Shown: piece by piece, positions 18,774 to 28,899 of the stretch | Position numbering within the stretch: position 1 is the stretch's first letter | Layout: each line of letters begins with the position of its first letter | Assembly: GCA_039889305.1 (NCBI GenBank) | Contig: JAVVFV010000004.1 | Span: 29,206-93,205, forward strand | Source: Candidatus Zestomicrobium tamdykulense | GTDB lineage: Archaea; Thermoproteota; Thermoprotei_A; Sulfolobales; NBVN01 | DNA length: 64,000 bases | Direction of reading: 5' to 3' | Notes under the pieces: model-generated | What the model was told of the DNA's origin: nothing | The model's input: only the letters and a program-made list of their open reading frames with translations | Databases searched by the model: none | Position numbers and translations under genes: made by a program

Positions 18774-20372
18774 ATGTATTACCTAAGCATAGGTTTGTTA
18801 GTTCCCTCACTCATAGGTTTTGCTTTCGTGCTGCCATTGTTAGGGATGATCATAAAGAATATTAGGTTCTTCCACGCGTATGCATCTATCACCTCACTAT
18901 ATGCGTTGATAGTGACTGCATATAATTTCATCATAGTTGTTAGAGAAGGGCCTAAAGCCTATCCTTTTGGTGGTTGGTGGCCTCCAATAGGTATATCGTA
19001 CGAGTTAGACGAAATAAATTCCCTTATAGCCTTACTAACTGCTTCAGTGATGTTCCTGATAACGCTATATAGTACGTGGTATATCAGGAGTTTAAAGGAC
19101 GCACCATATTACTACACACTACTCCTAGGTCTTGAGGTAGGGATGCTTGGTTGCATCTATACTGGCGACGTCTTCAACTTATTCGTTATGCTTGAAGTGA
19201 TGTCTATTAGTGCTTACGCTCTGGTAGGTTTCCACAGAAATAAGCCGGAAGCTATCGAAGCAGCCATAAAGTACGGGTTGTTCGGGGCTGTAGCCACGAC
19301 TCTCTACTTCATAGGGTCGGTCTTCATTTACGCCGCTTTCGGAACACTTAACATGGCTGACTTAACGAATAAAGTAACTCTATTCTGGGGCTACAACCTA
19401 GTTTCAGGTCCTTATTACGGTCAGATATACGCAGCTACTACAGTAGCTCTAGCTTTATCGTTATGGGCATTCACCTTCAAGTCAGCAATATTCCCTAATC
19501 ATTTCTGGCTCCCTGACGCACACCCTGAAGCACCAACCCCCGTCTCAGCAGCGTTATCAGGTCTCGTGGTGAATGTTGGTGTGTACGCAATCTTCAGATT
19601 CTTCTACACTATATTTAACCCATTCTCCTTAATGAGAGACTTAAGAGACTTAATGCTGTTGATAACGCTTGTTTTAGGACTTGCTTCAGGACTGATAGGG
19701 GCTCTCATGATGGTTGTGCAGGACGATATTAAGAGATTGCTTGCGTACTCAACGATAAGTCATATTGGTTTAGTCTTGGTAGGACTCTCTATAGGTTCTT
19801 CCCTCATATCTAGACCAGACTCACAAGCATTCGTAGACGGACTTACTGGAGCCTTCTATCACTTAATAAATCACAGTATAGGTAAGTCTCTGCTATTCCT
19901 CGCGTCAGGCGTGATAATATACATGGCTGGAGGCACAAGAAAACTTGATGAGTTAGGTGGGGTAGCTAGGAAAAAACCTGTGCTAGGTATTGCACTAATA
20001 ACGGGTGTTCTTCAGTTATTGGGTATTCCACCCTTTGGAGGATTCTTTAGTAAGTATCTGCTCTATATTTCCTACTTCGAGACAGGAGCGCCTTATATCT
20101 CAGTAATCATAAACATTGTTTCAGCGGTTTCACTCTTAGGATACATTAGATTACTCTACTCAGCATTCTTCACAATACCTAAGAGAGAATTCGTGAGAAC
20201 TAGTAGGCTACCCTTAGCAATACTCCTGGCATTGAGTATTGCGTGCTTAATGACTGGATTATTATCACCTATAATCAATGAGTGGCTACGTAGGTTCGTG
20301 GAAGCAACGACCTCAAGAGATGGGATATTTAATTACTGGCTGCAAGGCTACTTAGTTTTTTGGAGTAGGTGA
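18774..20372 (+). CDS. mbhH: MrpD/MnhD-like antiporter subunit
   Basis: DVFNLFVMLEVMS, HFWLPDAHPEAPTPVSA, KRLLAYSTISH and GIPPFGGF. Confidence 0.92.
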   Translation: MYYLSIGLLVPSLIGFAFVLPLLGMIIKNIRFFHAYASITSLYALIVTAYNFIIVVREGPKAYPFGGWWPPIGISYELDEINSLIALLTASVMFLITLYSTWYIRSLKDAPYYYTLLLGLEVGMLGCIYTGDVFNLFVMLEVMSISAYALVGFHRNKPEAIEAAIKYGLFGAVATTLYFIGSVFIYAAFGTLNMADLTNKVTLFWGYNLVSGPYYGQIYAATTVALALSLWAFTFKSAIFPNHFWLPDAHPEAPTPVSAALSGLVVNVGVYAIFRFFYTIFNPFSLMRDLRDLMLLITLVLGLASGLIGALMMVVQDDIKRLLAYSTISHIGLVLVGLSIGSSLISRPDSQAFVDGLTGAFYHLINHSIGKSLLFLASGVIIYMAGGTRKLDELGGVARKKPVLGIALITGVLQLLGIPPFGGFFSKYLLYISYFETGAPYISVIINIVSAVSLLGYIRLLYSAFFTIPKREFVRTSRLPLAILLALSIACLMTGLLSPIINEWLRRFVEATTSRDGIFNYWLQGYLVFWSR

Positions 20373-20375
20373 GTA

Positions 20376-20732
20376 ATGATGACTCCACTCAATCTAGATC
20401 CCTGGACAGCTACTTTGCTCTTGAGTAGTGTGTTAATGTTCTCATCTCTCGTAATGTATTTGGTCTATATCATATTATCTAGGAAAACAACACAGAGTAG
20501 CTCAGACTACTCAGAGCCTTATATTGGTGGGGAGCCAGCAAACATCATAAGATCTATTGATGTTTCGGTACGTAACCTCTTCTGGGGTATAGTAAGAGGA
20601 GGTGCTGGCCGCAAATTATACACATTCCTGAGAGACCAAATGCATAATGGTGTATTAAATGATTGGGGTATATACATGGTGACATACATAGGTTTGCTAG
20701 CCTTAATCTCTTTCATATATTTCATGAGGTGA
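20376..20732 (+). CDS. mbhI: MbhI-like membrane subunit
   Basis: TM helix, EPYIGGE, amphipathic stretch, HNGVLNDW, then a second TM helix; lies between mbhH and mbhM. Confidence 0.75.
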   Translation: MMTPLNLDPWTATLLLSSVLMFSSLVMYLVYIILSRKTTQSSSDYSEPYIGGEPANIIRSIDVSVRNLFWGIVRGGAGRKLYTFLRDQMHNGVLNDWGIYMVTYIGLLALISFIYFMR

Positions 20733-20737
20733 TTTAA

Positions 20738-21745
20738 GTGAACGAATCAACACCTATTTTATTAAGTATCTTCAGTGTGCTGGTATTCCTAAACCTCCTA
20801 ACACTCTGGATTGCTTCGATGCTTAGTGAATGGTGGGTAAGGAAACTGCTTGCTAGAACCCAAAGAAGAATGGGTCCCTCATATGTAGGACCTCTCGGCA
20901 TACTACAGCCTTTCGCAGACTTCCTCAAACTCCTCTTAGTGAAGACAGAACCCAATTATAAGTACGGTAGTGTAATGCTTGCCAGGATTTTCGGCTGCAT
21001 AGGGATTGGAGCTCTGGCAACCTCACTATTCTTACTACCTGTATCACCAGTAAGGATAGCTTTCAATTTTGACATAATACTCTTAATATACTTTCTTGGT
21101 GTTTTGGTAGCTGTTTCGGAATTACTCATGTTTACCTCACTAACAAACCCCTTTACAATTAAGGGTGTCTCAAGATACTCATCAATCCTGGCCCTTGCAG
21201 AACCTGCATTCTTCACAGCAACAATAGTTCCTGTTTACCTAGCAAGCCTCATTGCGAGGAAAGAGCCTGTCTTCTCTATTAGTACGACAATCGAGACCGT
21301 GTGGGGATTATGGTTCAACCCGTTAACAGCAATACCTATGCTTCTAGCAACTATAGCTGCCTTAATCTCTATACAGTCTAAACTAATGTTTCCGCCATTC
21401 AATATACCGGAAGCAGAGCAGGAGTTAATAGCTGGAGTGGAGACGGAGTTTAGTGGTCCCCTCCTAGCGCTCTTTAACTTCCTTCATGATGCAGATCTCT
21501 ACGTTCTCTCGTTAGTAGTTACCTTCCTATTTTTAGGAGGTCCGCATCCGTTTAGTGAGAATTTAGTGTTGGGAGTCTTAACTACTATCTCGAAATACTT
21601 GGTAGTCCTCACTACTATAACTATTCTTAAATCTTCTTTCGGTAGGTTCAGGATAGAACAAGGGATATCTTCAGTAATCAAATACGCATTAGTCCCTGCG
21701 TTAGTAGCTCTGATTCTCTCAGTAGTTGTGGTAGGTTTTATTTAG
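20738..21745 (+). CDS. mbhM: NuoH-like membrane anchor
   Basis: QRRMGP, GILQPFADFLKL, PFNIPEAEQELIAGVETEFSG and RFRIEQ. Confidence 0.92.
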   Translation: MNESTPILLSIFSVLVFLNLLTLWIASMLSEWWVRKLLARTQRRMGPSYVGPLGILQPFADFLKLLLVKTEPNYKYGSVMLARIFGCIGIGALATSLFLLPVSPVRIAFNFDIILLIYFLGVLVAVSELLMFTSLTNPFTIKGVSRYSSILALAEPAFFTATIVPVYLASLIARKEPVFSISTTIETVWGLWFNPLTAIPMLLATIAALISIQSKLMFPPFNIPEAEQELIAGVETEFSGPLLALFNFLHDADLYVLSLVVTFLFLGGPHPFSENLVLGVLTTISKYLVVLTTITILKSSFGRFRIEQGISSVIKYALVPALVALILSVVVVGFI

Positions 21746-22247
21746 TGCTGCACGTACTTAAAGTCTTAATAATTAAGTCTGCTAAGTAGTTTATGGTTTC
21801 CTGCACTTCCGGACTGATTTTCTCACCTAAGTTAAGGTTCCTCGCTACTATACCTAAAACCCATACATCCTTAAATAACTCCTCCCTCCTCAGCAACTCT
21901 ATGACGAGTTTAATAGGCATTGAGTGTGTTGTTACTAAAGCTACTTTGTCGTTAACTGAGTCTAGACTTGCTATAAAGTAGTTAGGAGTTTCTTCTCGTC
22001 CCCAAACCAGTGCTGCATCCACTACTAAAGCATTCTTTACTGATGATTCCTCAATAGATGACATACAGTTCTCTAGACCGAACTCACACATAATAACCCT
22101 ATCTTTAGGGAAACCACGTGCTACTAGAAGCTCACATAATCTTAAGCCAGCCGCGTCATCACTCCTTAATTCGGTACCTACGCAAACGAGATAACGATCA
22201 CCACATATCAATTCTTTAAGAATAGACTCACTCAACACCATCACCAA
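21738..22247 (-). CDS. hycI: Hydrogenase maturation protease (HycI-like)
   Basis: GTELRSDDAAG, VDA and TTHSMPI; convergent with the MBH operon. Confidence 0.88.
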   Translation of the reverse strand: MVMVLSESILKELICGDRYLVCVGTELRSDDAAGLRLCELLVARGFPKDRVIMCEFGLENCMSSIEESSVKNALVVDAALVWGREETPNYFIASLDSVNDKVALVTTHSMPIKLVIELLRREELFKDVWVLGIVARNLNLGEKISPEVQETINYLADLIIKTLSTCSTK

Positions 22248-22300
22248 GCATTCCTAATCTAAAAACACTTCCTCCAGATATATCACTGATTTTTGGAACC

Positions 22301-22603
22301 CTAAATATTCTTGGGAAGCAACCCTAACTCCTTAAGAGCTGGAAGATTGTTGATGCAGTATTTACATACGCGAATCCCAGGTTCTAGTTCTATTGAGCAA
22401 GTCCTGCAAACAGGCTTACCACACACAATACATGAAGTTACTGAGAGTCTAGTATTGCATATCCTACACATTAAATCCACGCAGACAGCGCAAATACCTT
22501 CCTTATTCACGTGTTCTTCGCACACGTACCTACCGCATATCTTGCATCTCTTGACAGCAGGCTTCTCCTCACAAACCTCACAAAGAATTAACGCATTACT
22601 CAT
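22301..22603 (-). CDS. Small Cys-rich protein with two tandem B-box-like zinc-finger repeats
   Basis: CEVC..CKICGRYVCEEH..CAVC followed by CRIC..CIVCGKPVCRTC..CKYC. Confidence 0.7.
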   Translation of the reverse strand: MSNALILCEVCEEKPAVKRCKICGRYVCEEHVNKEGICAVCVDLMCRICNTRLSVTSCIVCGKPVCRTCSIELEPGIRVCKYCINNLPALKELGLLPKNI

Positions 22604-22628
22604 ACGTCAATCACTTGCATAATAGTAC

Positions 22629-23954
22629 TTAAAATACTTGCCTAACCTTCAGAACAACCAGCAATAATATGGCAGCACTAACTACCAGAGCAATTATTAT
22701 GAAGGTCTCGAGAGATGCTTCAAGAACTGTTACTTCTGTTTTTTCTGTTTCTTCATAATGTGTGTTGGTGGTCTGTGTAATGGGGGAGTATGTTGTGCTT
22801 GGCTCAATAGTAGTGGTAGTAGTATTAGTTTCTTGAGACTCACTAAGGAGCATCCTCTCTAGCCTGCCTATCAAATCATTATTTTCTAAGTCTCTAATCA
22901 GGTCATCAGGTAGTTTGCTAGATTCATGCACTTCTATTAATTCAAGATACTTGAAAGAAGTATAGAATTTCTTGACTTCTTCCAGATCTTCGTTAGTGAC
23001 GCTAGAGTATGTTGACTCACCGGTTATGAGTGCCGGGTGGTGGAGGCGTGCCCACGCAAGAAAATCTACTGAAACCCACCCGACGGTAGGCACGTAAATA
23101 ACTACGTACGCGTGAGGCCCAGCATTAATAAATCTGGTGAGAGAACCGTAGACATCTGCCACGTAATCAAACTTCAAGTAAACGTAGCCGTACTGTATTT
23201 TTGCTGGGACACCATAGTGCCAGAGCATGCTGAGGAGTATTCTTGATTTATCGTCGCAGTCACCTTCCCTCTTCTCTAGAACTTCATCCAAGGATCTAGG
23301 TATTGAGCTGGCGTTATATTTTATGAGGTGATCCTCGTATATGTATTTGGCGGCCCAAATAGCTAGGAAAGTTTTAGACACTCTACTTAAGTTAATTGAG
23401 GAAAACCTACTACGCATCCACTCCTCAAAAAGAGGAACAACAATCTCAACCACCTTCTCGTTAGGCTGTAACACGTACTTCTGCACGATTTCTTCAGGAT
23501 AAGGGTGGTCATAAAGGTATATGTTCCCGAGATATAGAGCTTGCACCATAATGTTTAGCTCCCTACGTGACTCACGAATCAACGTGACGTTTAGTACCAC
23601 AAAACCTCGCGTATTATTATTTATAGGTATCTTGAAGACGGTGTTATTCTTTGAAGAATCAATAATAACGTCTCCACCAATTTTAGAGACCTGCACGACC
23701 TGAGTATAGTGTGGTTCGGTGTAATTAATAGGTACTTCGAAATACCCCTCAGAAACGTTACTTACGTACGTGATCACGGCTACGTCCACGTACAAAAAGT
23801 TAAGGATGTCGTAGCTAGGGCTTTCCTGAGCGTAGCTAATGACTAGAGCCGTATGTAGTGACCACGAAGAAAAAAGTATGAGAGCTAGTAAGAGAGTGAG
23901 TAGGAAGTAAGTTCTAGCTCTACTGTTAAGGCTTTGGAGCACTTGAGTAGCCAC
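22629..23954 (-). CDS. Secreted, membrane-anchored transglutaminase-like cysteine protease
   Basis: Signal peptide, GDCDDK, HAYV and VSVD catalytic triad, Thr-rich linker, C-terminal TM helix. Confidence 0.82.
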   Translation of the reverse strand: MATQVLQSLNSRARTYFLLTLLLALILFSSWSLHTALVISYAQESPSYDILNFLYVDVAVITYVSNVSEGYFEVPINYTEPHYTQVVQVSKIGGDVIIDSSKNNTVFKIPINNNTRGFVVLNVTLIRESRRELNIMVQALYLGNIYLYDHPYPEEIVQKYVLQPNEKVVEIVVPLFEEWMRSRFSSINLSRVSKTFLAIWAAKYIYEDHLIKYNASSIPRSLDEVLEKREGDCDDKSRILLSMLWHYGVPAKIQYGYVYLKFDYVADVYGSLTRFINAGPHAYVVIYVPTVGWVSVDFLAWARLHHPALITGESTYSSVTNEDLEEVKKFYTSFKYLELIEVHESSKLPDDLIRDLENNDLIGRLERMLLSESQETNTTTTTIEPSTTYSPITQTTNTHYEETEKTEVTVLEASLETFIIIALVVSAAILLLVVLKVRQVF

Positions 23955-24025
23955 CTTACTTAATATGTCCCTATCAACCCTATTAATTCTTATAACTTAA
24001 CTCAATTTCTACTTGGGCGTAATTA

Positions 24026-24955
24026 ATGAGTGTTAGTGAGTTTAGTGAGCGTGACTTGATTGATGTTATTTCTGATATACTTGGTGAATATTATACTAGA
24101 ATACCTTTTGGTTACTTAGATGATGCGGGGGCTTTAAGAATCCTGGGTAAGTGGTTCTTTCTAAAGATAGATGGTACGTCATTCAGGATGTCTAGGTATC
24201 CATGGATGGGTTTCGATGACGTAGCGTATCGGGTTGCTCTAGGCGCCGCTATTGACGTAATAGCTAAGGGAGGTACTCCAGTAGCTCTCACAGCATCTAT
24301 AGGTCTTCAGAGAGAGATGAGTTTAGAAGATGTTAAGGAAGTGGCTCGCGGGCTACGTGACTCTTGTCAAGCACTTAAAGCATTATTCTTGGGTGGTGAT
24401 CTTAACGTTTCTGAAGATGGTTGGTTGGACGTAGCCGTACTCGGCGTCTCAAGAACCCCAATAAGTAATAAGGGGTTGAAACCAGGATATAAGGTATACT
24501 CAACTAGGTGTTTAGGTATTTCTTCCATCCCAGCACTAACACACTACGAAAAGATATTGGGTGAGGAAATTCTTAAGAAGTTCCTCAAAACTCTGAAAAG
24601 ACCTGATCCTCCACTAAAATTCTTGAAAGTCCTTAATGAGGTAAAAGCGTCTACAGACGTTAGTGACGGCTTGGAATCGTTGAGGAGGGTTTTAAGGATG
24701 AATGATGTAGCTATGAAGTTATATAGAGAGAGCGTGTGTGAGGAAGTACTGGAGATTTCAGAACAATACTCAATAGACTTGAAGATGATTCTACGCTACA
24801 TGGGGGAGGAGTACTCTATAGTCATCTTCACAGACAAGGAAATGCCTGATGACTACGTCCTCGTAGGAGAGGTTGTCGAGGGTCCTTCAGGCCTCATATA
24901 CTTAGGGGAGCAAGAACTTCATGGTGGCTGGGACAATCTTAGAGGTTGGCTCTAA
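24026..24955 (+). CDS. thiL: Thiamine-monophosphate kinase
   Basis: GYLDDA, KIDG, DVIAKGG, GGDLN and TDVSDGL. Confidence 0.82.
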   Translation: MSVSEFSERDLIDVISDILGEYYTRIPFGYLDDAGALRILGKWFFLKIDGTSFRMSRYPWMGFDDVAYRVALGAAIDVIAKGGTPVALTASIGLQREMSLEDVKEVARGLRDSCQALKALFLGGDLNVSEDGWLDVAVLGVSRTPISNKGLKPGYKVYSTRCLGISSIPALTHYEKILGEEILKKFLKTLKRPDPPLKFLKVLNEVKASTDVSDGLESLRRVLRMNDVAMKLYRESVCEEVLEISEQYSIDLKMILRYMGEEYSIVIFTDKEMPDDYVLVGEVVEGPSGLIYLGEQELHGGWDNLRGWL

Positions 24956-25086
24956 AGACTACCTATTAACGAAGGTTGACGTTACAGAAGAACTTTACTT
25001 AGGAATAAGGGATTAGTTGTGAAGCAATAAAAGATACTGAAAATATTTATTATTAACAGAGTGAAAGTATAGTGAGGTAATGCGGG

Positions 25087-26898
25087 TTGGGTGACAGTCA
25101 AGACTCTGAGGGAGGGAAATTAATAACTCCATCATATTATGACCGGACGACGCGAACTATCAGGATAGCTGATAGGGAAGTTAAGGTGTGGAATTCTCTA
25201 CCTAAGCTAAATGAGAGTGAGAAACTATTCAGGATAACGCAGTCTATATGTCCTTATTGCTACGCATTACTACCTGCAATTATTTTCGAGAGGGACGGGA
25301 AATTATACATAAGGAAGGAGTGCCCAGAACACGGAGAGATTGAGGAGTTATATCAGGGTAGTTCCGAGTTTGCTAGAAGAATAGAGAAGTGGTATGTTGA
25401 AGGTAGGGGTCCTAGATACGTCTATACGAATCTCTCCGCTCCATGCCCTTATAGTTGTGGTTTGTGCCCCATACATAAGAATCACACAGCATTAGCTAAC
25501 TTAGTCTTAACAAATAGATGCGACTTAGACTGCTGGTATTGTTTCTTCTTTGCTGAGAAATTAGGATTTGTTTATGAACCAACAATAGAGCAGATTAAGT
25601 TTATGGTACAGCAACTCCTTAAGCAAAGTGTCACGCCAGCTGTCCAACTAACTGGCGGTGAACCTACCTTGAGAGACGACATAGTCGAGATAGTTAGGTT
25701 GCTGAGGGAGATGGGGGTTAAGCACATACAGTTAAATACTAATATAATTAAGTTTGCTAAGCTGTACTTGTTTGAGGGTGAGGAAGCCGCAGTTAAGTTC
25801 TCTAGAGAACTGAGGGAAGCGGGAGTTAACACAATATACATGAGCTTCGACGGAGTCTCGCCACAAGCAAATCCTAAGAATCACTGGGAAGTCCCATTCG
25901 CTCTAGACGTGTTCAGGAAATCCGGGATGACTAGCGTAGTATTAGTTCCCACAGTTATTAAAGGTCTTAACACACATGAGTTAGGAGACATAATAAAGTT
26001 TGCTGCACTCAACAAAGACATAATTAGGTCAGTCAACCTACAACCAGTATCACTGACTGGAATGATAAAAAAAGCTGAGAGAGACGAGTTAAGAGTCACC
26101 ATATATGATGTTGCTAAGCTAATAGAGGAGCAAACTAAAGGGCAAATAAAAGTTAGTGACTGGTTCCCTGTACCAGCGTCAGTACCTATATCAGAATTCG
26201 TTGAGGGTTTTAGTGGCGTGTTTAAGTTTGAGATGGCTAACCACCCGGAATGCGGTGTAGGAACTTACGTATACGTGAGGATGAATGGCGGAGAGCCCGA
26301 ATACATACCTATCACTAGAATGATAGATGTTCAGGGCTTTCTGGATTACCTTAGAGAGAAGTCTATGGAACTGAAGAGTGGTGGGAGCAAATACTTAGTC
26401 GGGTCTAAACTAGTAATCTCGGCGTTGTTGAAGTACATTAGATGGGGTGACGTACCCTCAGAAATTAAGGGTACCTTACGCAAGCTCATAAGTGAAGTAT
26501 TAGTTAAGCATACCTACGAGTCTCTTGGTGAGTGGCACTACAAGTTTACTTTCTTAGGCATGATGCATTTCATGGATCTCTATAACTACGACGTTGAGAG
26601 AGTTATGAGATGTAACGTGCATTACTTAATGCCTGACGGTCGTGTTGTTCCGTTCTGCACATTCAACGTGCTTAACGACGTGTATAGAGATTATGTACAG
26701 AAAAAGTACATGTTTACTCTGGAGGAATGGTCAAGAATAAAAGGAGCTAATAATATAGGGGAGGCAGTAAAGTATAGGAGAAACCTAGATCTGATAAAGA
26801 AGATGACTTCACACCCACTCTACATAAAGACCTACAAAGACTTCATTAGTAGATGGATCAACATGTATTCATGGCTTAAAGACTCCTTACTCGCTTAA
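25087..26898 (+). CDS. tes: Tetraether lipid synthase (GDGT-MAS, MJ0619-like radical SAM)
   Basis: N-terminal CPYC..KECPEHG, CPYSCGLCPIH, RCDLDCWYC radical SAM motif, GMMHFMD..RCNVHY..VPFC. Confidence 0.9.
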   Translation: MGDSQDSEGGKLITPSYYDRTTRTIRIADREVKVWNSLPKLNESEKLFRITQSICPYCYALLPAIIFERDGKLYIRKECPEHGEIEELYQGSSEFARRIEKWYVEGRGPRYVYTNLSAPCPYSCGLCPIHKNHTALANLVLTNRCDLDCWYCFFFAEKLGFVYEPTIEQIKFMVQQLLKQSVTPAVQLTGGEPTLRDDIVEIVRLLREMGVKHIQLNTNIIKFAKLYLFEGEEAAVKFSRELREAGVNTIYMSFDGVSPQANPKNHWEVPFALDVFRKSGMTSVVLVPTVIKGLNTHELGDIIKFAALNKDIIRSVNLQPVSLTGMIKKAERDELRVTIYDVAKLIEEQTKGQIKVSDWFPVPASVPISEFVEGFSGVFKFEMANHPECGVGTYVYVRMNGGEPEYIPITRMIDVQGFLDYLREKSMELKSGGSKYLVGSKLVISALLKYIRWGDVPSEIKGTLRKLISEVLVKHTYESLGEWHYKFTFLGMMHFMDLYNYDVERVMRCNVHYLMPDGRVVPFCTFNVLNDVYRDYVQKKYMFTLEEWSRIKGANNIGEAVKYRRNLDLIKKMTSHPLYIKTYKDFISRWINMYSWLKDSLLA

Positions 26899-28247
26899 CT
26901 TATTTCTTCCTTAAACCTGGAGTATAGTTTTTCGACTTCCTCATACCACTTAAGGAGGCCCTCAGGTTCCTCAGGATAGTTTAGGTAGAGACGCTTAACG
27001 TCATTCATGTAGTGAGCAACTCTACGGAGCTTGAAGAGGAGGGAGGGTCTCGACAAGCCAGCTAATAACCTCATAGCCTTCTCAACAACACTGAGTTCTA
27101 GATTGCCTTTAAGGGAAACTTCGTTGAGGTCTTCCTCTTTTATTATTTTCCTGCTCATTCCGTACTCTAGATCTTCGTCACTTAATTTCTGGAGGAAGAG
27201 CCTGAATATGTCGAGTGCTGCCTGCTTAGCACCGTATCTCTTACTAAAGCATATGTTGGCTTCCCACAAGCTCCTAGCTGAAGGATCACCCACTTCTAAC
27301 GCGTGAATTATTGATTTGGAGATACACCAAGAAGCTAACATAGCAGAGCCCTTACCGCCTCCGTGTACTGGATTCACTACATAAGCAGCATCCCCGGTTA
27401 CTGCGATACCATTCCAGACAAGAGTTTTTATAGGTTTTCTAGTTGGTACTACAGCGCCGCCAGCCTCAATAACCTCACTACCCATAAATTCTTCCCTATT
27501 TATGACGTGTTGATGTAGGAGGTCTTTAGGGTTGGGGTGATTCATGCTGCCCTGAATACCTAAACCAACATTAACTACATTTCTTTCTTTTGAGTAGGGA
27601 AAGAACCACCAGTACCCTCCCGGAGCTATTTTCTTGCTTACATAGATTCTGAGGATTTCCGGCTCCTCTATCTCTTTCTTCAGTCTTCTGATTTCCCTAT
27701 ACGCTATATTCAGGTCTTTCTGGTCTATATCTTCCCTTACGGGCCATCTATCATCAAGTCTCCTGACTATAGCTCTAGCCATTCCTGAAGCATCTACTAA
27801 GATCTTAGAACTTACTTCTTGCTTTCCCTTACCTCTAACCCATACAGAAACACCGACGACGAAGCCTTCTTTGACTAGAGGCTCTACTCCTTGTGTTTCT
27901 TCCCAGAAGTCTACGCCCCTATTAATAGCTTCACTCAATAAGTACTTAGTGTATTTTACTCGATGGACTTCATAACCCTCACCAACAACCCTATACTTCA
28001 CTTTCTCTGAGGGGGAATACACGTCAATGCCCTTTACATAACCCTCCAGAAAATCATCGTGAGGTGTTTCAAGTCCTAACTCATCAAAGTGATGCTTACC
28101 TATAGCGTCGCCGCAAGGCTTATCACCTATTCTCTCAAAAGGTTTTACCTCTACTACTAGGGTCTTGAAGCTACTCCTACTCAGGAAGTAAGCTAGTGAA
28201 GCACCTGCTACCCCAGAACCTACTATGACCACATCGTATGAGACCAC
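26895..28247 (-). CDS. ggr: Digeranylgeranylglycerophospholipid reductase (GGR family)
   Basis: GSGVAG, KPCGDA, GYWWFFP and GDAA..VNPVHGGG. Confidence 0.88.
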   Translation of the reverse strand: MVSYDVVIVGSGVAGASLAYFLSRSSFKTLVVEVKPFERIGDKPCGDAIGKHHFDELGLETPHDDFLEGYVKGIDVYSPSEKVKYRVVGEGYEVHRVKYTKYLLSEAINRGVDFWEETQGVEPLVKEGFVVGVSVWVRGKGKQEVSSKILVDASGMARAIVRRLDDRWPVREDIDQKDLNIAYREIRRLKKEIEEPEILRIYVSKKIAPGGYWWFFPYSKERNVVNVGLGIQGSMNHPNPKDLLHQHVINREEFMGSEVIEAGGAVVPTRKPIKTLVWNGIAVTGDAAYVVNPVHGGGKGSAMLASWCISKSIIHALEVGDPSARSLWEANICFSKRYGAKQAALDIFRLFLQKLSDEDLEYGMSRKIIKEEDLNEVSLKGNLELSVVEKAMRLLAGLSRPSLLFKLRRVAHYMNDVKRLYLNYPEEPEGLLKWYEEVEKLYSRFKEEIS

Positions 28248-28300
28248 GTGAGCACACCCTAAATACTACGAAAAACTAAATAAATGTTTTAACATGAACG

Positions 28301-28735
28301 TTAAGTCTTTAAGTATATTCTCTCCATACACCCGTCTTTGTATGGCCTTATGTAGTCATAATTTCTCTCGAAGATTAGCTTAGGATTCACACGCTTGAGT
28401 ACATACCTGCATACAGGTTCTGAAATCAGCTTACACGTGTACCTTGTGTCTAGTCCCAGAAACAGAGTGAGTCTCAGTATAGGGCAGGAGTTTCTACTTA
28501 TGGTTACTAACTCATCATCAGAGATTCTCACAACTTCAACATGTTTTTTCTTAAGCCTGAGGAACTTGTAGTAAAACAAATCAAGCAATTCATTCATAGT
28601 TTCTGCTTTACGAGGCTTCATAATCCATAAAAATCCATAAGCATAGAAAACAAAGAGACCTAATAACAAAACAGCTTTCTTAACAACCCATACTAAGAAA
28701 TCCTTAATCGTGTTAAGGCGCCTCATACCGACCAA
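28301..28735 (-). CDS. Hypothetical protein with N-terminal TM helix; ATC-hydrolase/V4R-like Cys pattern
   Basis: CPIL..C..C..NPKLIFER..GC pattern; family assignment tentative. Confidence 0.4.
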   Translation of the reverse strand: MVGMRRLNTIKDFLVWVVKKAVLLLGLFVFYAYGFLWIMKPRKAETMNELLDLFYYKFLRLKKKHVEVVRISDDELVTISRNSCPILRLTLFLGLDTRYTCKLISEPVCRYVLKRVNPKLIFERNYDYIRPYKDGCMERIYLKT

Positions 28736-28899
28736 GCGTTCTTGGAAATTAAAGTTTATAAGTACGTAGTTTTTCTGACTTCTCCTCCGGAATGAGAAGG
28801 TTATCTGATGTATGTTTTAACACTAAACGCTAGACACATCCTTAAGACAGGTGGCGTTTCTTTATTTGTTAGTTTGTGTTTATCTTAAGGTGTGCTGTG

